Part shown: piece after piece, positions 20,362 through 29,263 of the stretch | Layout: each line of letters opens with the position of its first letter | How positions within the stretch are numbered: position 1 is the first letter of the stretch | Source of the DNA: an uncultured Dehalococcoidia bacterium | Lineage (GTDB): Bacteria > Chloroflexota > Dehalococcoidia > Lucifugimonadales > UBA1123 | NCBI GenBank assembly: GCA_951812505.1 | Contig: CATOSI010000001.1 | Span: 750,012 to 814,011 of the forward strand | Reading direction: 5' to 3' | DNA: 64,000 nt | Translations under genes and position numbers: made by a program | The notes under the pieces: model-generated | The model's input: the letters and a program-made list of their open reading frames with translations, nothing else | What the model was told of the DNA's origin: nothing | Database searches by the model: none

Positions 20362-21099
20362 TCATTCGCCGCTCAGCCGTTCCAATTCGGCTTCCAACTC
20401 GGCGACGCGTCGTTCGGCAACTGCGCGCGCTACGCGTTCGGACTCGACGCGTTGTTCGGCGGACTGTCGCGCGTCCTCCGACTCATTGAGCGTCGGAAGG
20501 TACTCCCCGCTTACAGGATCGCGGAAGCGTAGAATGCCGTCGTCCCACCAGAACTCCAGACCCAGCCTCTCGCTGTATCCCCAACGACGACCATCCGGCT
20601 CTACGGCTATCTCGATAGGCATATACCTATCATCCACAAGCATGTCGCCCGCCAGAGGCGCGTCGTGATACTCGCCGCCCGACGGGTCGAATCGCCAGTA
20701 TTCGCGCACGCCATATCCGGCGTAGCGTTCGCGCTTGTCGGTGTAGTCTTGTCTGCCCGTACCCTCGGAACCAACTTCCAGAACCAGATCGGGAGGCTTG
20801 CCCACCTCGCTTATCACGTAGCCGTTGCGGTGGAATATCCTCTCCGCGCCGTCCAACCCCTCGGCGAATACGCCGTCCGGATAGGGGCCGCTCCTGTCAT
20901 CCGCATCGGCCCACAGGTAGCCAAGCGCCCCCACAAAAACGTCGTCCCTGTCCTTGAACCACAAGCAGAGAGCCGAGGTGAAAGCGTTGATGCCTGGATA
21001 CTGCTTCATCATGTCAGGCTGCCTCGGGGGATCCGGCAGAGGCTTGACGTTCGAGTAGTCTGGTACTCGGATTTTTGTGAGTACACTCTGTGTAGCCAT
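20362..21099 (-). CDS. Uma2 (DUF820) family endonuclease-like protein
   Basis: YPD...PPDLVLEVGS..T...D...K...YA..GV.EYWRFDP plus coiled-coil tail. Confidence 0.88.
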   Translation of the reverse strand: MATQSVLTKIRVPDYSNVKPLPDPPRQPDMMKQYPGINAFTSALCLWFKDRDDVFVGALGYLWADADDRSGPYPDGVFAEGLDGAERIFHRNGYVISEVGKPPDLVLEVGSEGTGRQDYTDKRERYAGYGVREYWRFDPSGGEYHDAPLAGDMLVDDRYMPIEIAVEPDGRRWGYSERLGLEFWWDDGILRFRDPVSGEYLPTLNESEDARQSAEQRVESERVARAVAERRVAELEAELERLSGE

Positions 21100-21340
21100 G
21101 GTCGTGTTCTCCGCGAGACTCTCTCACCTGGGTCTCCGTTTAGTCAGCGTTGTGCGTGGCAATTATAACACTGGCTCGGCACTGGCAATAGGGCGACACG
21201 CTAGATATGGCGGTGTGGTGTGTTGGCTATTGCTGTCAGAATCAGGATTTTCGGGCCTGTTCAAGGGTCAATGGAATTCCGCTTTCAAGGGAATGATGCT
21301 AGTTGTGCGAAGTCTCCTTCCTCTGGAATAATAGGTCAAT

Positions 21341-22435
21341 TTACTTGATCACCGTCAGATACGGTGGCCTATCTCGATACCAATGGTAATATTCATCAGG
21401 ACTTATCGCCAAGAGTCGCATTATATTTTCATCCGAATACTCTAATTTTTCTCTATAAAATTGAACTATAGCCTTTACTAGGCGTGGTTCTTCCCAGGGA
21501 GGGTCTAATTCTATGGGCTCACGTGTGCGATACCCGTGAGACGAGAGACGCACAAACCAAGATCTACGCTGTCTGTCCGTCAAGTTTCCTAAACTATGTG
21601 CTCGCATAATGAGTGCCTGCATTGATACTTTCCAATACTGTTTTAGTGAGGCGAGTTTCTCGAATGTAAGATTAGTAAGTTGTCTTTTGATTTCTCGTTC
21701 AGGTGTCAAAAATTCTGCTGCGAATCTGTCTGCCTCTTCTTCACCAGTTGGTTCAGGGGATTTATAGTGCATGACTATATGCCCTATTTCATGGGCAAGG
21801 GTCCAACGAATACGATCTGGAGGCCTATCTGTGTTTAGGAAAAACAACGACGGTAAAGTAGGAACACGTTTACTGAATCCATCAATATGCCGAGTACCAA
21901 ATCTGCAAAGAAAAACTACTCCACCTGATCTCTCTACAATCTGTACTATATTTCTTACAGGTCCAGACGGAAGATGCCAGGCCGCTCTTACTATGGCGGC
22001 AATTCTCTCGACTGATCCGTCAAAATCATCAGGGTCATGAGATGGGAACATTGCATCCCCAATATCAACAGCTCTTAATAATTTTTCCAAATGTATCCGA
22101 CGAATCTCAGATTCAGCATAAGATTTATTAAGAATACTCACCTTAGCCTTACGACGTGCTCTGTGATATATTTCATCACCGCCAGCCCCATAAATCTCTC
22201 CCGTATATTGGAAGAAATTTTCTGGATAGCTAAGAACATCAGAAATTCTAGATATATCTTCACGGGAAGGGATGTTTATGCCAGCTTCTATCCGAGAAAT
22301 TTTCCCCTGCGAAAATCCAAGTGAACGGGCAAGCGAACTTTGCGACAGTCCCCTGGACTGTCGCGCCAGCAATAGCATCTCCGAATTAAATCTATTTAAG
22401 TCTTCTAATGAATCATCCTTCATTGGCAGTCTCAC
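21341..22435 (-). CDS. XRE HTH - ImmA/IrrE Zn metallopeptidase (antitoxin/regulator)
   Basis: LARQSRGLSQSSLA...ISRIEAG HTH; RWTLAHEIGH (HExxH); EEEADRFAAEFL; WKVSMQA; AT-rich. Alternative ATG at 22423. Confidence 0.9.
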   Translation of the reverse strand: MRLPMKDDSLEDLNRFNSEMLLLARQSRGLSQSSLARSLGFSQGKISRIEAGINIPSREDISRISDVLSYPENFFQYTGEIYGAGGDEIYHRARRKAKVSILNKSYAESEIRRIHLEKLLRAVDIGDAMFPSHDPDDFDGSVERIAAIVRAAWHLPSGPVRNIVQIVERSGGVVFLCRFGTRHIDGFSKRVPTLPSLFFLNTDRPPDRIRWTLAHEIGHIVMHYKSPEPTGEEEADRFAAEFLTPEREIKRQLTNLTFEKLASLKQYWKVSMQALIMRAHSLGNLTDRQRRSWFVRLSSHGYRTREPIELDPPWEEPRLVKAIVQFYREKLEYSDENIMRLLAISPDEYYHWYRDRPPYLTVIK

Positions 22436-23012
22436 TCGTGACTCGGGCCCTTATTGTCGGAGTGATGTCATCTTCAGGAGGATGTGTAACTAAATCTGTA
22501 ATTTGTGCAAGTGAATCATCGTAGAGTTGCCATGTCCAGATATTACGATTTCCATCAGGCATCGTCACATATATAGCGGCGGCGGATGTTCGCGTAGGAT
22601 TGAGAAGATAGCCTAATGTAAGACTGGCAACTGGGGGCATATGTGGCAATTCACTCTGATAATCTTGGTGGTTAAACAAAACCGCTTGTTGAGTTGGGAT
22701 ATTACGGGACCTCATGTTCTCATCTAATTTCTTGAACCGCAGTGTTGCCGATAGTGCCCCATCAGACACGTAGTAGTAATACAGCCCTTGACTGTACCTA
22801 GGTATGAACTGATCCAAACAGCTAAGTCTATCACTTGCGAGACCAATCATTATGTCGTGGATTATGCTGGCGTCGGAACGCTTCCCGAGTCGGTAGCGTA
22901 CAGAAGCAAAATCTTGAGTGTACAATCTAACAGAGTCAGTAGGTATTCTAAAGAGGATACTCTCATGTGGAGCAAGAAGTTCCATCGCTTGGTCTTTGCG
23001 CATATGCGTCAT
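22413..23012 (-). CDS. Hypothetical protein, putative toxin partner of HTH-ImmA
   Basis: AT-rich; AGAGGA RBS before ATG 23012; LRFKKLD...RNIPTQQ...F..Q...LTLGY motif; overlaps the start of the ImmA gene. Confidence 0.7.
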   Translation of the reverse strand: MTHMRKDQAMELLAPHESILFRIPTDSVRLYTQDFASVRYRLGKRSDASIIHDIMIGLASDRLSCLDQFIPRYSQGLYYYYVSDGALSATLRFKKLDENMRSRNIPTQQAVLFNHQDYQSELPHMPPVASLTLGYLLNPTRTSAAAIYVTMPDGNRNIWTWQLYDDSLAQITDLVTHPPEDDITPTIRARVTSETANEG

Positions 23013-23146
23013 GATGACATTCCTCTGAAGAGTGATTCTATGGATTATATATATATCCATTTATGCGACTGTACCAGAGGGGGACGTCAAACATCAAGTA
23101 TTTTATGCACATATTTATGCACAATCTCTGAACCATCTATCAGACG

Positions 23147-23425
23147 TCACCAGCACGAACCCCGCTATCTGCCGTGCTATGTCTGTGAAGTGCTGGACTT
23201 CCTCCGGCGTGAGTGAGCGGCCCAGGATTTGGCGCTCGCGATAGGAGAGCCACTTTTGAGTACATGGTAGCCACCGAGCTTGTAGTTCCAGACGGCGGCG
23301 GGGGCGTTCTTCCAGTAGGGGCGGTCGTTGAGGTAGATGTCGAAGGTGGTCCGTCCCAGGGTGGGAATGGCGTCGGAAAGCGCGGCGCGTACGGCGGCGT
23401 TAAGGTGTCGGCGAGTCATGGGCAT
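23147..23425 (-). pseudogene. C-terminal remnant of a type ISP restriction-modification enzyme, frameshifted
   Basis: FDIYLND..YWKN.PAAVWNYKLGGYHVLK, then in the shifted frame KWLSYRERQILGRSLTPEEVQHFTDIARQIA; the rest of the gene is absent. Confidence 0.7.
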
Positions 23426-23789
23426 TGGGGGATGCGTTCTTGGTTCAGGACGAAATGGCGGTGAGAGTGGCAGTAGATGGGTCTGGGCTGCGAGCCGCGC
23501 TCGCCCGTGCGGACACGGGAGGCACTCGCAGGTGTTCAGCCCAGACCCGTCGTGAATTCGGCACTCGATTCGGGTTCAAGCACTGACCGATGATAACATA
23601 CTCGCGCTTGGCGCTCACTCTTATCCCGCTAGACCGATACAGACCCGCCTTCCCGATTCGGTTATACAACCTCGTCTCCGATACGCTACAATACACCCAT
23701 GAAGAACACAATTTCTAGCGTCGCTGACATAAATGAGAGGTTATATAAATGGAAGAATCGAGGCTCCGAAGAATTTTTATGTAGCTAAA

Positions 23790-23864
23790 CTCAGGCGTTC
23801 TCAGGTCAAACTCAGGTGACGTTTTCACCTGTTGGTCACTAGTTGACCCACCTGTTATCACCTG
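23790..23864. promoter_or_regulatory. Helically phased CAGG(TG)/CACCTG site array upstream of aroC
   Basis: CTCAGG at 23790, 23800, 23811, then the inverted CACCTG at 23826, (CACTAG 23837), 23849, 23859. Confidence 0.45.
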
Positions 23865-23952
23865 TGGCTTTATAAATTGGCATATATAGACATCGGACGC
23901 GGGAAGCGGTTGTCAAGTTGATGCGGTGTCATTGTCGGCATGGGAGTGAGAG

Positions 23953-25041
23953 ATGAGCAATTCATTTGGGAAGATGTTCAAGATTACGACCTGGGGAGAG
24001 TCGCACGGCCAGGCGGTGGGGGTGACGGTTGACGGGTGTCCACCGCAGTTTCCTCTTGAGGAATCTGACATCCAGCGGGAACTGGATAGAAGGCGACCTG
24101 GGCAGAGCGTAATCTCGACGCAGCGGCGTGAGGGCGACCAGGCGGAAATCGTATCGGGCGTATTCGAGGGCCTGTCACTTGGCACTCCAATCCAGATCAT
24201 CGTCTGGAACCGGGACGCCAGAAGCCGAGACTACGAGGAAATGCGGCTGAAGTACAGGCCGTCCCACGCGGACTACTCCTACCAGGCGAAGTACGGCATA
24301 CGGAACTGGATGGGCGGTGGACGCGCAAGCGCAAGGGAAACTATCGGCAGGGTGGCGGGTGGAGCAATCGCCAAGAAGTATCTTGCCGCCGAGTTCGGAG
24401 TTGAGATCGTAGCGTATGTGAAGAGGGTGCACGACCTCGAGGCTGATGTTGACTCGGACCACGTCACGACGGCGGATGTGGAGGAGAACATCGCAAGGTG
24501 CCCCGACCAGGATATGGCGGCGCGGATGATAGAGAGGATCCAGCAGGCGCGGAAGGATGGTGACTCGTTGGGAGGTGTCGTGGAGTGCGTTGCTCGGAAC
24601 GTTCCCGTGGGACTGGGCGAGCCGGTCTTCGACAAGCTTGAAGCCGATCTTGCGCGCTCAGTCCTGTCACTTCCGGCGTGCAAGGGGTTCGAGGTCGGGT
24701 CCGGGTTCGCGGGGACCTATATGACCGGCTCACAGCATAACGACCCGTTCTACAACGAGTCGGGACGGATACGGACGCGGACTAACAATTCCGGCGGTAT
24801 CCAGGGCGGTATATCGAACGGTGAGAACATCGTAATACGTGCGGGTTTCAAGCCCACGGCCACCATCATGCGAGAGCAGGACACAGTTGACGTTGACGGA
24901 AACGAGACGACGCTGATGGGCAGGGGGAGACATGATCCGTGCGTTTTGCCCAGAGCCGTCCCGATTGTGGAATCCATGATGGCGCTGGTGCTTGCGGATC
25001 ATGCGCTGCGCCAGAGGGGGCAGACTGGAAACGTAGGGTAG
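23953..25041 (+). CDS. aroC: Chorismate synthase
   Basis: [50 protein letters not shown]. Confidence 0.97.
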   Translation: MSNSFGKMFKITTWGESHGQAVGVTVDGCPPQFPLEESDIQRELDRRRPGQSVISTQRREGDQAEIVSGVFEGLSLGTPIQIIVWNRDARSRDYEEMRLKYRPSHADYSYQAKYGIRNWMGGGRASARETIGRVAGGAIAKKYLAAEFGVEIVAYVKRVHDLEADVDSDHVTTADVEENIARCPDQDMAARMIERIQQARKDGDSLGGVVECVARNVPVGLGEPVFDKLEADLARSVLSLPACKGFEVGSGFAGTYMTGSQHNDPFYNESGRIRTRTNNSGGIQGGISNGENIVIRAGFKPTATIMREQDTVDVDGNETTLMGRGRHDPCVLPRAVPIVESMMALVLADHALRQRGQTGNVG

Positions 25042-25141
25042 AGTGACAGCCCACCCTCGGCACTGTGTGGAGATGTGTGTGGGCACCTGCACTACCGGCG
25101 ATTTACGCGAGAGGCTCCAGCTTATCGCTTCGGTCTCTGCT

Positions 25142-25249
25142 GACCCTGTGGGCGTCTGAAGCGAGTCCATTGGCGAGTTGCTGTAAGTGCTGGTGTCCAT
25201 CAGGAATTAGAAGGACCCTGTGGGCGTCTGAAGCGAGTCCATTGGCGAG
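25142..25249. repeat. 36-bp exact direct repeat A flanking a unique 36-bp insert
   Basis: GACCCTGTGGGCGTCTGAAGCGAGTCCATTGGCGAG at 25142-25177 and 25214-25249; insert 25178-25213. Confidence 0.95.
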
Positions 25250-25622
25250 AGTGGCGGTCGGTGTGTTTCGATGGAACGCCAGCCTGTTGATGCTCAGGGC
25301 GTTCTAAGTTCCTCCACCATAATAGCATTGGTAAGCTCTTCCGATTCTCGTTCGCCTGTTGATGCTCAGGGCGTTCTAAGTTCCTCCACTCTCTCGCTTC
25401 GCGTATATCCAGCCACAGTCCGACTGAGCCAAATGCTATGGGCACTAGGATGATGGCCCAAAAAGCGGCATCCACGATCCTAAAATGGTCATCTATGGTC
25501 AAAAAATCGGGATCCGAGGTTCGATACCCGTTCATTGACCCGCCCAGCAACCCCAGAAACAAATAGATAATCCCGACGGTGAACATCAGTCCGAGGATCA
25601 CTCCGGTTAGTGTCCTACGCAT
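25200..25622 (-). CDS. Small two-TM membrane protein whose C-terminal tail carries the repeat/insert units
   Basis: GGGAGG RBS 8 nt before ATG 25622; two hydrophobic helices; WRNLERPEHQQA occurs twice; the current TGA lies within insert A. Confidence 0.65.
   Translation of the reverse strand: MRRTLTGVILGLMFTVGIIYLFLGLLGGSMNGYRTSDPDFLTIDDHFRIVDAAFWAIILVPIAFGSVGLWLDIREAREWRNLERPEHQQANENRKSLPMLLWWRNLERPEHQQAGVPSKHTDRHSRQWTRFRRPQGPSNS
25282..25389. repeat. 36-bp exact direct repeat B flanking a unique 36-bp insert
   Basis: GCCTGTTGATGCTCAGGGCGTTCTAAGTTCCTCCAC at 25282-25317 and 25354-25389; insert 25318-25353. Confidence 0.95.
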
Positions 25623-25824
25623 TAAGGAAGCCTCCCATGGCTCTGGAGTAATTGGCTTCCAACATTCTACTACATGATGACGCTCTACGCGCATTCAACA
25701 ACGCAACGCCCAAGGCTTTTGCTGTGAAGAATGGATCGGAAGCGGGTGGGTGGAGTGCCGGAGACGGTCGGGTGGGACAGAGCACCGCCCCCGGAGCCTT
25801 GAGTAGCCTATAACATGTGAGCGG

Positions 25825-26616
25825 CTACACCACGGGCGAAGTTCCGCCGTCTATGTTTATGGCTATGCCGGTGAGGTAGCTGGCTCGCTCAGATGCGAGG
25901 AACGCTATGACGTCTGCGGCCTCCTCGGACTCGCCGACGCGACCTATTGGCACACGGTCGCCCATGTCGCCGTAGAACTGGTCTAGCGTGAGGTTAGGAT
26001 CGCTCGCCTGCATTGCCTTGAAGCGCGTCTCGTGCTGGCCGCTCTTTATGAGGCCGATGCATACTGTGGTCACCAGGATGTTGTCGGCGGCGAACTCCTT
26101 GGACATGGCCTTGGTGAGCGCTACGCCTGCGGCCCTGCTAACTGAGGTCGGCACCGAAGCCGCTCCCGGCGCCTTTGCGCCGAGGTTGGTGACGTTGATG
26201 ATTCGTCCGCCGCCCTGTTCTCGCATTAGCGGCACGGCCAGGCGGGAAGTCCTGATAGAGCCGTAGAGCTTGAGGTCGAGATCGTGCTGCCACGCCTCGT
26301 CCGTCACGCCCAGGAACGCGCCGCCAGCGGAGGTTCCAGCATTGTTGACGAGAATGTCGAGCCTGCCGTGATCATCAGTCGCGCGCTGAATGAGGGCCTC
26401 CACCTGTTCGGGAACCATGACGTCGGTCTGGACTGCGGTCACACTGCCCCCGGTCTGCTCACGTATTTCTGAAGCGGCCGACTCGAGAACGTCCGCACGG
26501 CGCGCGGCTATGAGAACGCTGGCTCCCTCGGCGGCCATGCTCGCGGCGGCGGCTTTACCTATTCCTTCACTTCCTCCGGTTACTATCGCTACTTTGCCCT
26601 GCAAACCAAGATCCAT
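25825..26616 (-). CDS. SDR family oxidoreductase
   Basis: TGGSEGIG, LVNNAG, YLTGIAINIDGG. Confidence 0.92.
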   Translation of the reverse strand: MDLGLQGKVAIVTGGSEGIGKAAAASMAAEGASVLIAARRADVLESAASEIREQTGGSVTAVQTDVMVPEQVEALIQRATDDHGRLDILVNNAGTSAGGAFLGVTDEAWQHDLDLKLYGSIRTSRLAVPLMREQGGGRIINVTNLGAKAPGAASVPTSVSRAAGVALTKAMSKEFAADNILVTTVCIGLIKSGQHETRFKAMQASDPNLTLDQFYGDMGDRVPIGRVGESEEAADVIAFLASERASYLTGIAINIDGGTSPVV

Positions 26617-26636
26617 TTTGTTCCTCCAGTGGTTGG

Positions 26637-27977
26637 TTATAGGTTTTCGGAATTGAGTTCTTCCAATCGGTAAGCCTCATCAAGGAGGTCGGTTACATAT
26701 TTTACCTTAGCATCAAGTTTGCGATCCTGGACTCCGAACTGGAGCTGCATCAGGCAGCCGGGATTGGCGGTGGCGAGCACGTCTGCTTCGGTTGTCTCGA
26801 AGGCGTCCATCTTGGAGTTCAGGACGCGCAGCGAGAAGTCGCGCTCGGTTATCGTGTAGGTGCCGCCCGCTCCGCAACACTGGCCGGCGTTGGGCAACTC
26901 GACGAACTCCACGCCCTGAATGGAGCGCAGGATCTGCCGGGGAGCGGCGGTAATGCGCTGGGCGTTTCCGAGGTGGCAGGAGTCCTGGTAGGTAACGCGG
27001 TAGTCCAGAGCCGCCGTTGGGGGATCAAAGGGAAGCTCTACCAGGAATTCATTGATGTCCTTGACGGTGTAGCTGAAAATGTGCGACCGTTCCGCATACT
27101 CGGAATCGTCCTTCAGCAAGTGGCCGTACTCTTTCATGCGGGACCCGCATCCGGCGGACGCGATGACGACATATTCGACTCCCGCGTCGGTGAAGACATC
27201 AATGTTGCGCCGGGCGAGCTTTCTGGCCGTGTCGAGATCGCCTACGTGAGAGTTAATCGCGCCACAGCAGACCTGACCCTTTGGTACGACAATCTCGCAG
27301 CCGTTGCGAGCGAGCACGCGCACTGCGGCGTCCATTTCGGGGCCGTTAATCAGGGGCATTATACAGCCGGACAGGACGGCGACACGGGCGCGTTTCTCAC
27401 CAACAGCCGCGACAGTCTGACCCTTCGCCTTGAAATAGGTAGAGGAGACTTCGGGCATCGAGGACTCGAGAGCGGCCATCGAGGGCATTAGCTTATCGAG
27501 TAAGCCGGAGTTTCGTAGTAAGGCTTGGACGCCCGACCTCTGGTACAGCTTTGTAAGAGACATCAGCGCTTGCAAACGCCTCTGATGCGGGACTATCCGC
27601 TTGAGCGAAAGGTCAGCCGCACCCTTCTGAACGATGTTCTGCTTTCTGTGATCGGCTACCTGGGCCATCGTCGCCTCAATCAGGTTCCCGTACGGTACAC
27701 CCGAGGGACACGCGACTTCACAAGCCCTGCATTGGATGCAAAGATCCCAGTGACGGATCACGGTGTCGGTAATACCGATTCTGCCTTCGTTCACAGCCTT
27801 CATGAGGGCGATGCGCCCACGGGGAGATTCTGTCTCCAATCCGGTCTCGATGTATGTGGGGCAAGCCTGCAGGCAGAATCCACAGTGTACACACTTGTAC
27901 AGATCCGACTCTTCGGGGGCGTTGGGGCCCGAGAATAGTAGGGAAGGATCAACTCCTGGCTGAGTACTCACAGTCAA
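26637..27977 (-). CDS. glcF: Glycolate oxidase Fe-S subunit
   Basis: CVHCGFCLQACPTY, SPRGRI, CIQCRACEVACPSGV, two CCG domains, ANPGCLMQL. Confidence 0.9.
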   Translation of the reverse strand: MTVSTQPGVDPSLLFSGPNAPEESDLYKCVHCGFCLQACPTYIETGLETESPRGRIALMKAVNEGRIGITDTVIRHWDLCIQCRACEVACPSGVPYGNLIEATMAQVADHRKQNIVQKGAADLSLKRIVPHQRRLQALMSLTKLYQRSGVQALLRNSGLLDKLMPSMAALESSMPEVSSTYFKAKGQTVAAVGEKRARVAVLSGCIMPLINGPEMDAAVRVLARNGCEIVVPKGQVCCGAINSHVGDLDTARKLARRNIDVFTDAGVEYVVIASAGCGSRMKEYGHLLKDDSEYAERSHIFSYTVKDINEFLVELPFDPPTAALDYRVTYQDSCHLGNAQRITAAPRQILRSIQGVEFVELPNAGQCCGAGGTYTITERDFSLRVLNSKMDAFETTEADVLATANPGCLMQLQFGVQDRKLDAKVKYVTDLLDEAYRLEELNSENL

Positions 27978-29260
27978 ATCCTCCCTATGAACCTTCCAGG
28001 ATTCATGATGCCATTGGGGTCGTACTGCCGCTTCATTCGCCGCATCACATCAATGCCCGGATGGTCTTCCCCCCATATGTCCAGTGCTGCCTTAACGCTC
28101 GGAGGGCACTGCTGTACTACGGCGGTCCCACCTAGACGGGCAACATGCTTGCGGACTTTGGAGACTATGGCGATCAGAGAGCCGTCGGATACATCGCCTG
28201 GTGCGTACCAACAGGCTTCCACGGAGCCGAAGCCGGGCTCAGCGACGACGGCGGGTTCGAGGTCTGAATCGCACAGACTTTCAATAAGCTTCATAATCGC
28301 GCGAGTGTGCGAGGGAAGAGCCGTTGTCTTGATGTTCAGCGCCGGCACTGTTTCAGATGTCCATCCGAAGTCGGAAAGGGAACGCCACAGGGACGAAGCC
28401 GAGCCTTCAATGTCCTGCTGTGTGGATGCACTGACATCACTGAAAATGGAATTGATCTCATCCGCCTGGCGCGCAAGAGTGCGGGATCGGCCGCCCAGTC
28501 GAATTGCGAGATGATGACGGTTACTGTCTTCGTCCGAGTTTACTCGGGATGCGACGGCCGGGCCGAATGCGGTCATGGCCAGCGGCATGACGTAGGAGTT
28601 GAAGACTTGCATCGAGGCGTCCATTGCATCATCTATGTTGCTAAATGCGGCCAGTATAGTTCTCTCGTACATCGGGATGGGGGTAAGTTTGAAACTTGCC
28701 TCAAGTATTATGCCGAGGCTGCCGAGTCCTCCGATATGAAGGCGGGACATGTCGTACCCACTGACGTTTTTGACGACCAGCCCGCCGCTCTTGGTTACGC
28801 TGCCGTCGGGTTGGACGACCTTCATACCGATGACCGTATCGCGCGGGTGTCCAAAGTGCCACTTCAGCGGCCCGCTAACCGCGGCGGCGAGTGTGCCTCC
28901 CATGGTGGCGCGTTCCGGCAGCGGGGGGTCAATCGGGAGCAGCTGGCCCTGCTGAGCGAGGATCTCAGAAACGAATCCGAAGGTCGCTCCAGCCTGAAAA
29001 GATGCGGTGAGGTCGGCGAAATTGTGAGATACGACGCGGTTAAGATTGGTCGTGTCCACGACCAGACAAGGACGGGAAGGCAGATTGCCGAGACCGATAC
29101 GAGTTCCTCCGCCGTACGGAGTGATTCCGAGGCCGTCCTTATTGGCGTCGGCAACGACTTCACAGAGTTCCTCTTCGGAGGAAGGGGCGACAACGTCAAC
29201 AGGGGCGACTCCGTCAACACGATATTCCTTGGAATCGGCCTTGTTCATGCTTGGGGACAC
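27974..29260 (-). CDS. glcE: Glycolate oxidase FAD-binding subunit
   Basis: GGLVVKNVSGYD, GGLGSLG, YDPNGIMNPGRF; lies between glcD and glcF. Confidence 0.87.
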   Translation of the reverse strand: MSPSMNKADSKEYRVDGVAPVDVVAPSSEEELCEVVADANKDGLGITPYGGGTRIGLGNLPSRPCLVVDTTNLNRVVSHNFADLTASFQAGATFGFVSEILAQQGQLLPIDPPLPERATMGGTLAAAVSGPLKWHFGHPRDTVIGMKVVQPDGSVTKSGGLVVKNVSGYDMSRLHIGGLGSLGIILEASFKLTPIPMYERTILAAFSNIDDAMDASMQVFNSYVMPLAMTAFGPAVASRVNSDEDSNRHHLAIRLGGRSRTLARQADEINSIFSDVSASTQQDIEGSASSLWRSLSDFGWTSETVPALNIKTTALPSHTRAIMKLIESLCDSDLEPAVVAEPGFGSVEACWYAPGDVSDGSLIAIVSKVRKHVARLGGTAVVQQCPPSVKAALDIWGEDHPGIDVMRRMKRQYDPNGIMNPGRFIGRI

Positions 29261-29263
29261 GGC

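Noticed and set aside
23445..23711. Small ORF or known RNA (RNase P, tmRNA, SRP)
   Set aside because: No RBS or family motif, and no diagnostic RNA signature recognised
25073..25111. Third degenerate copy of repeat A
   Set aside because: Only TGTGGGC..CTG and GCGAG match and the spacing is off; too weak to support
25142..25389. Canonical CRISPR array
   Set aside because: Two different repeats with only two copies each, no palindrome or GAAA(C/G) end, no leader and no cas genes in the window. Reported as integration-scar-like units instead.
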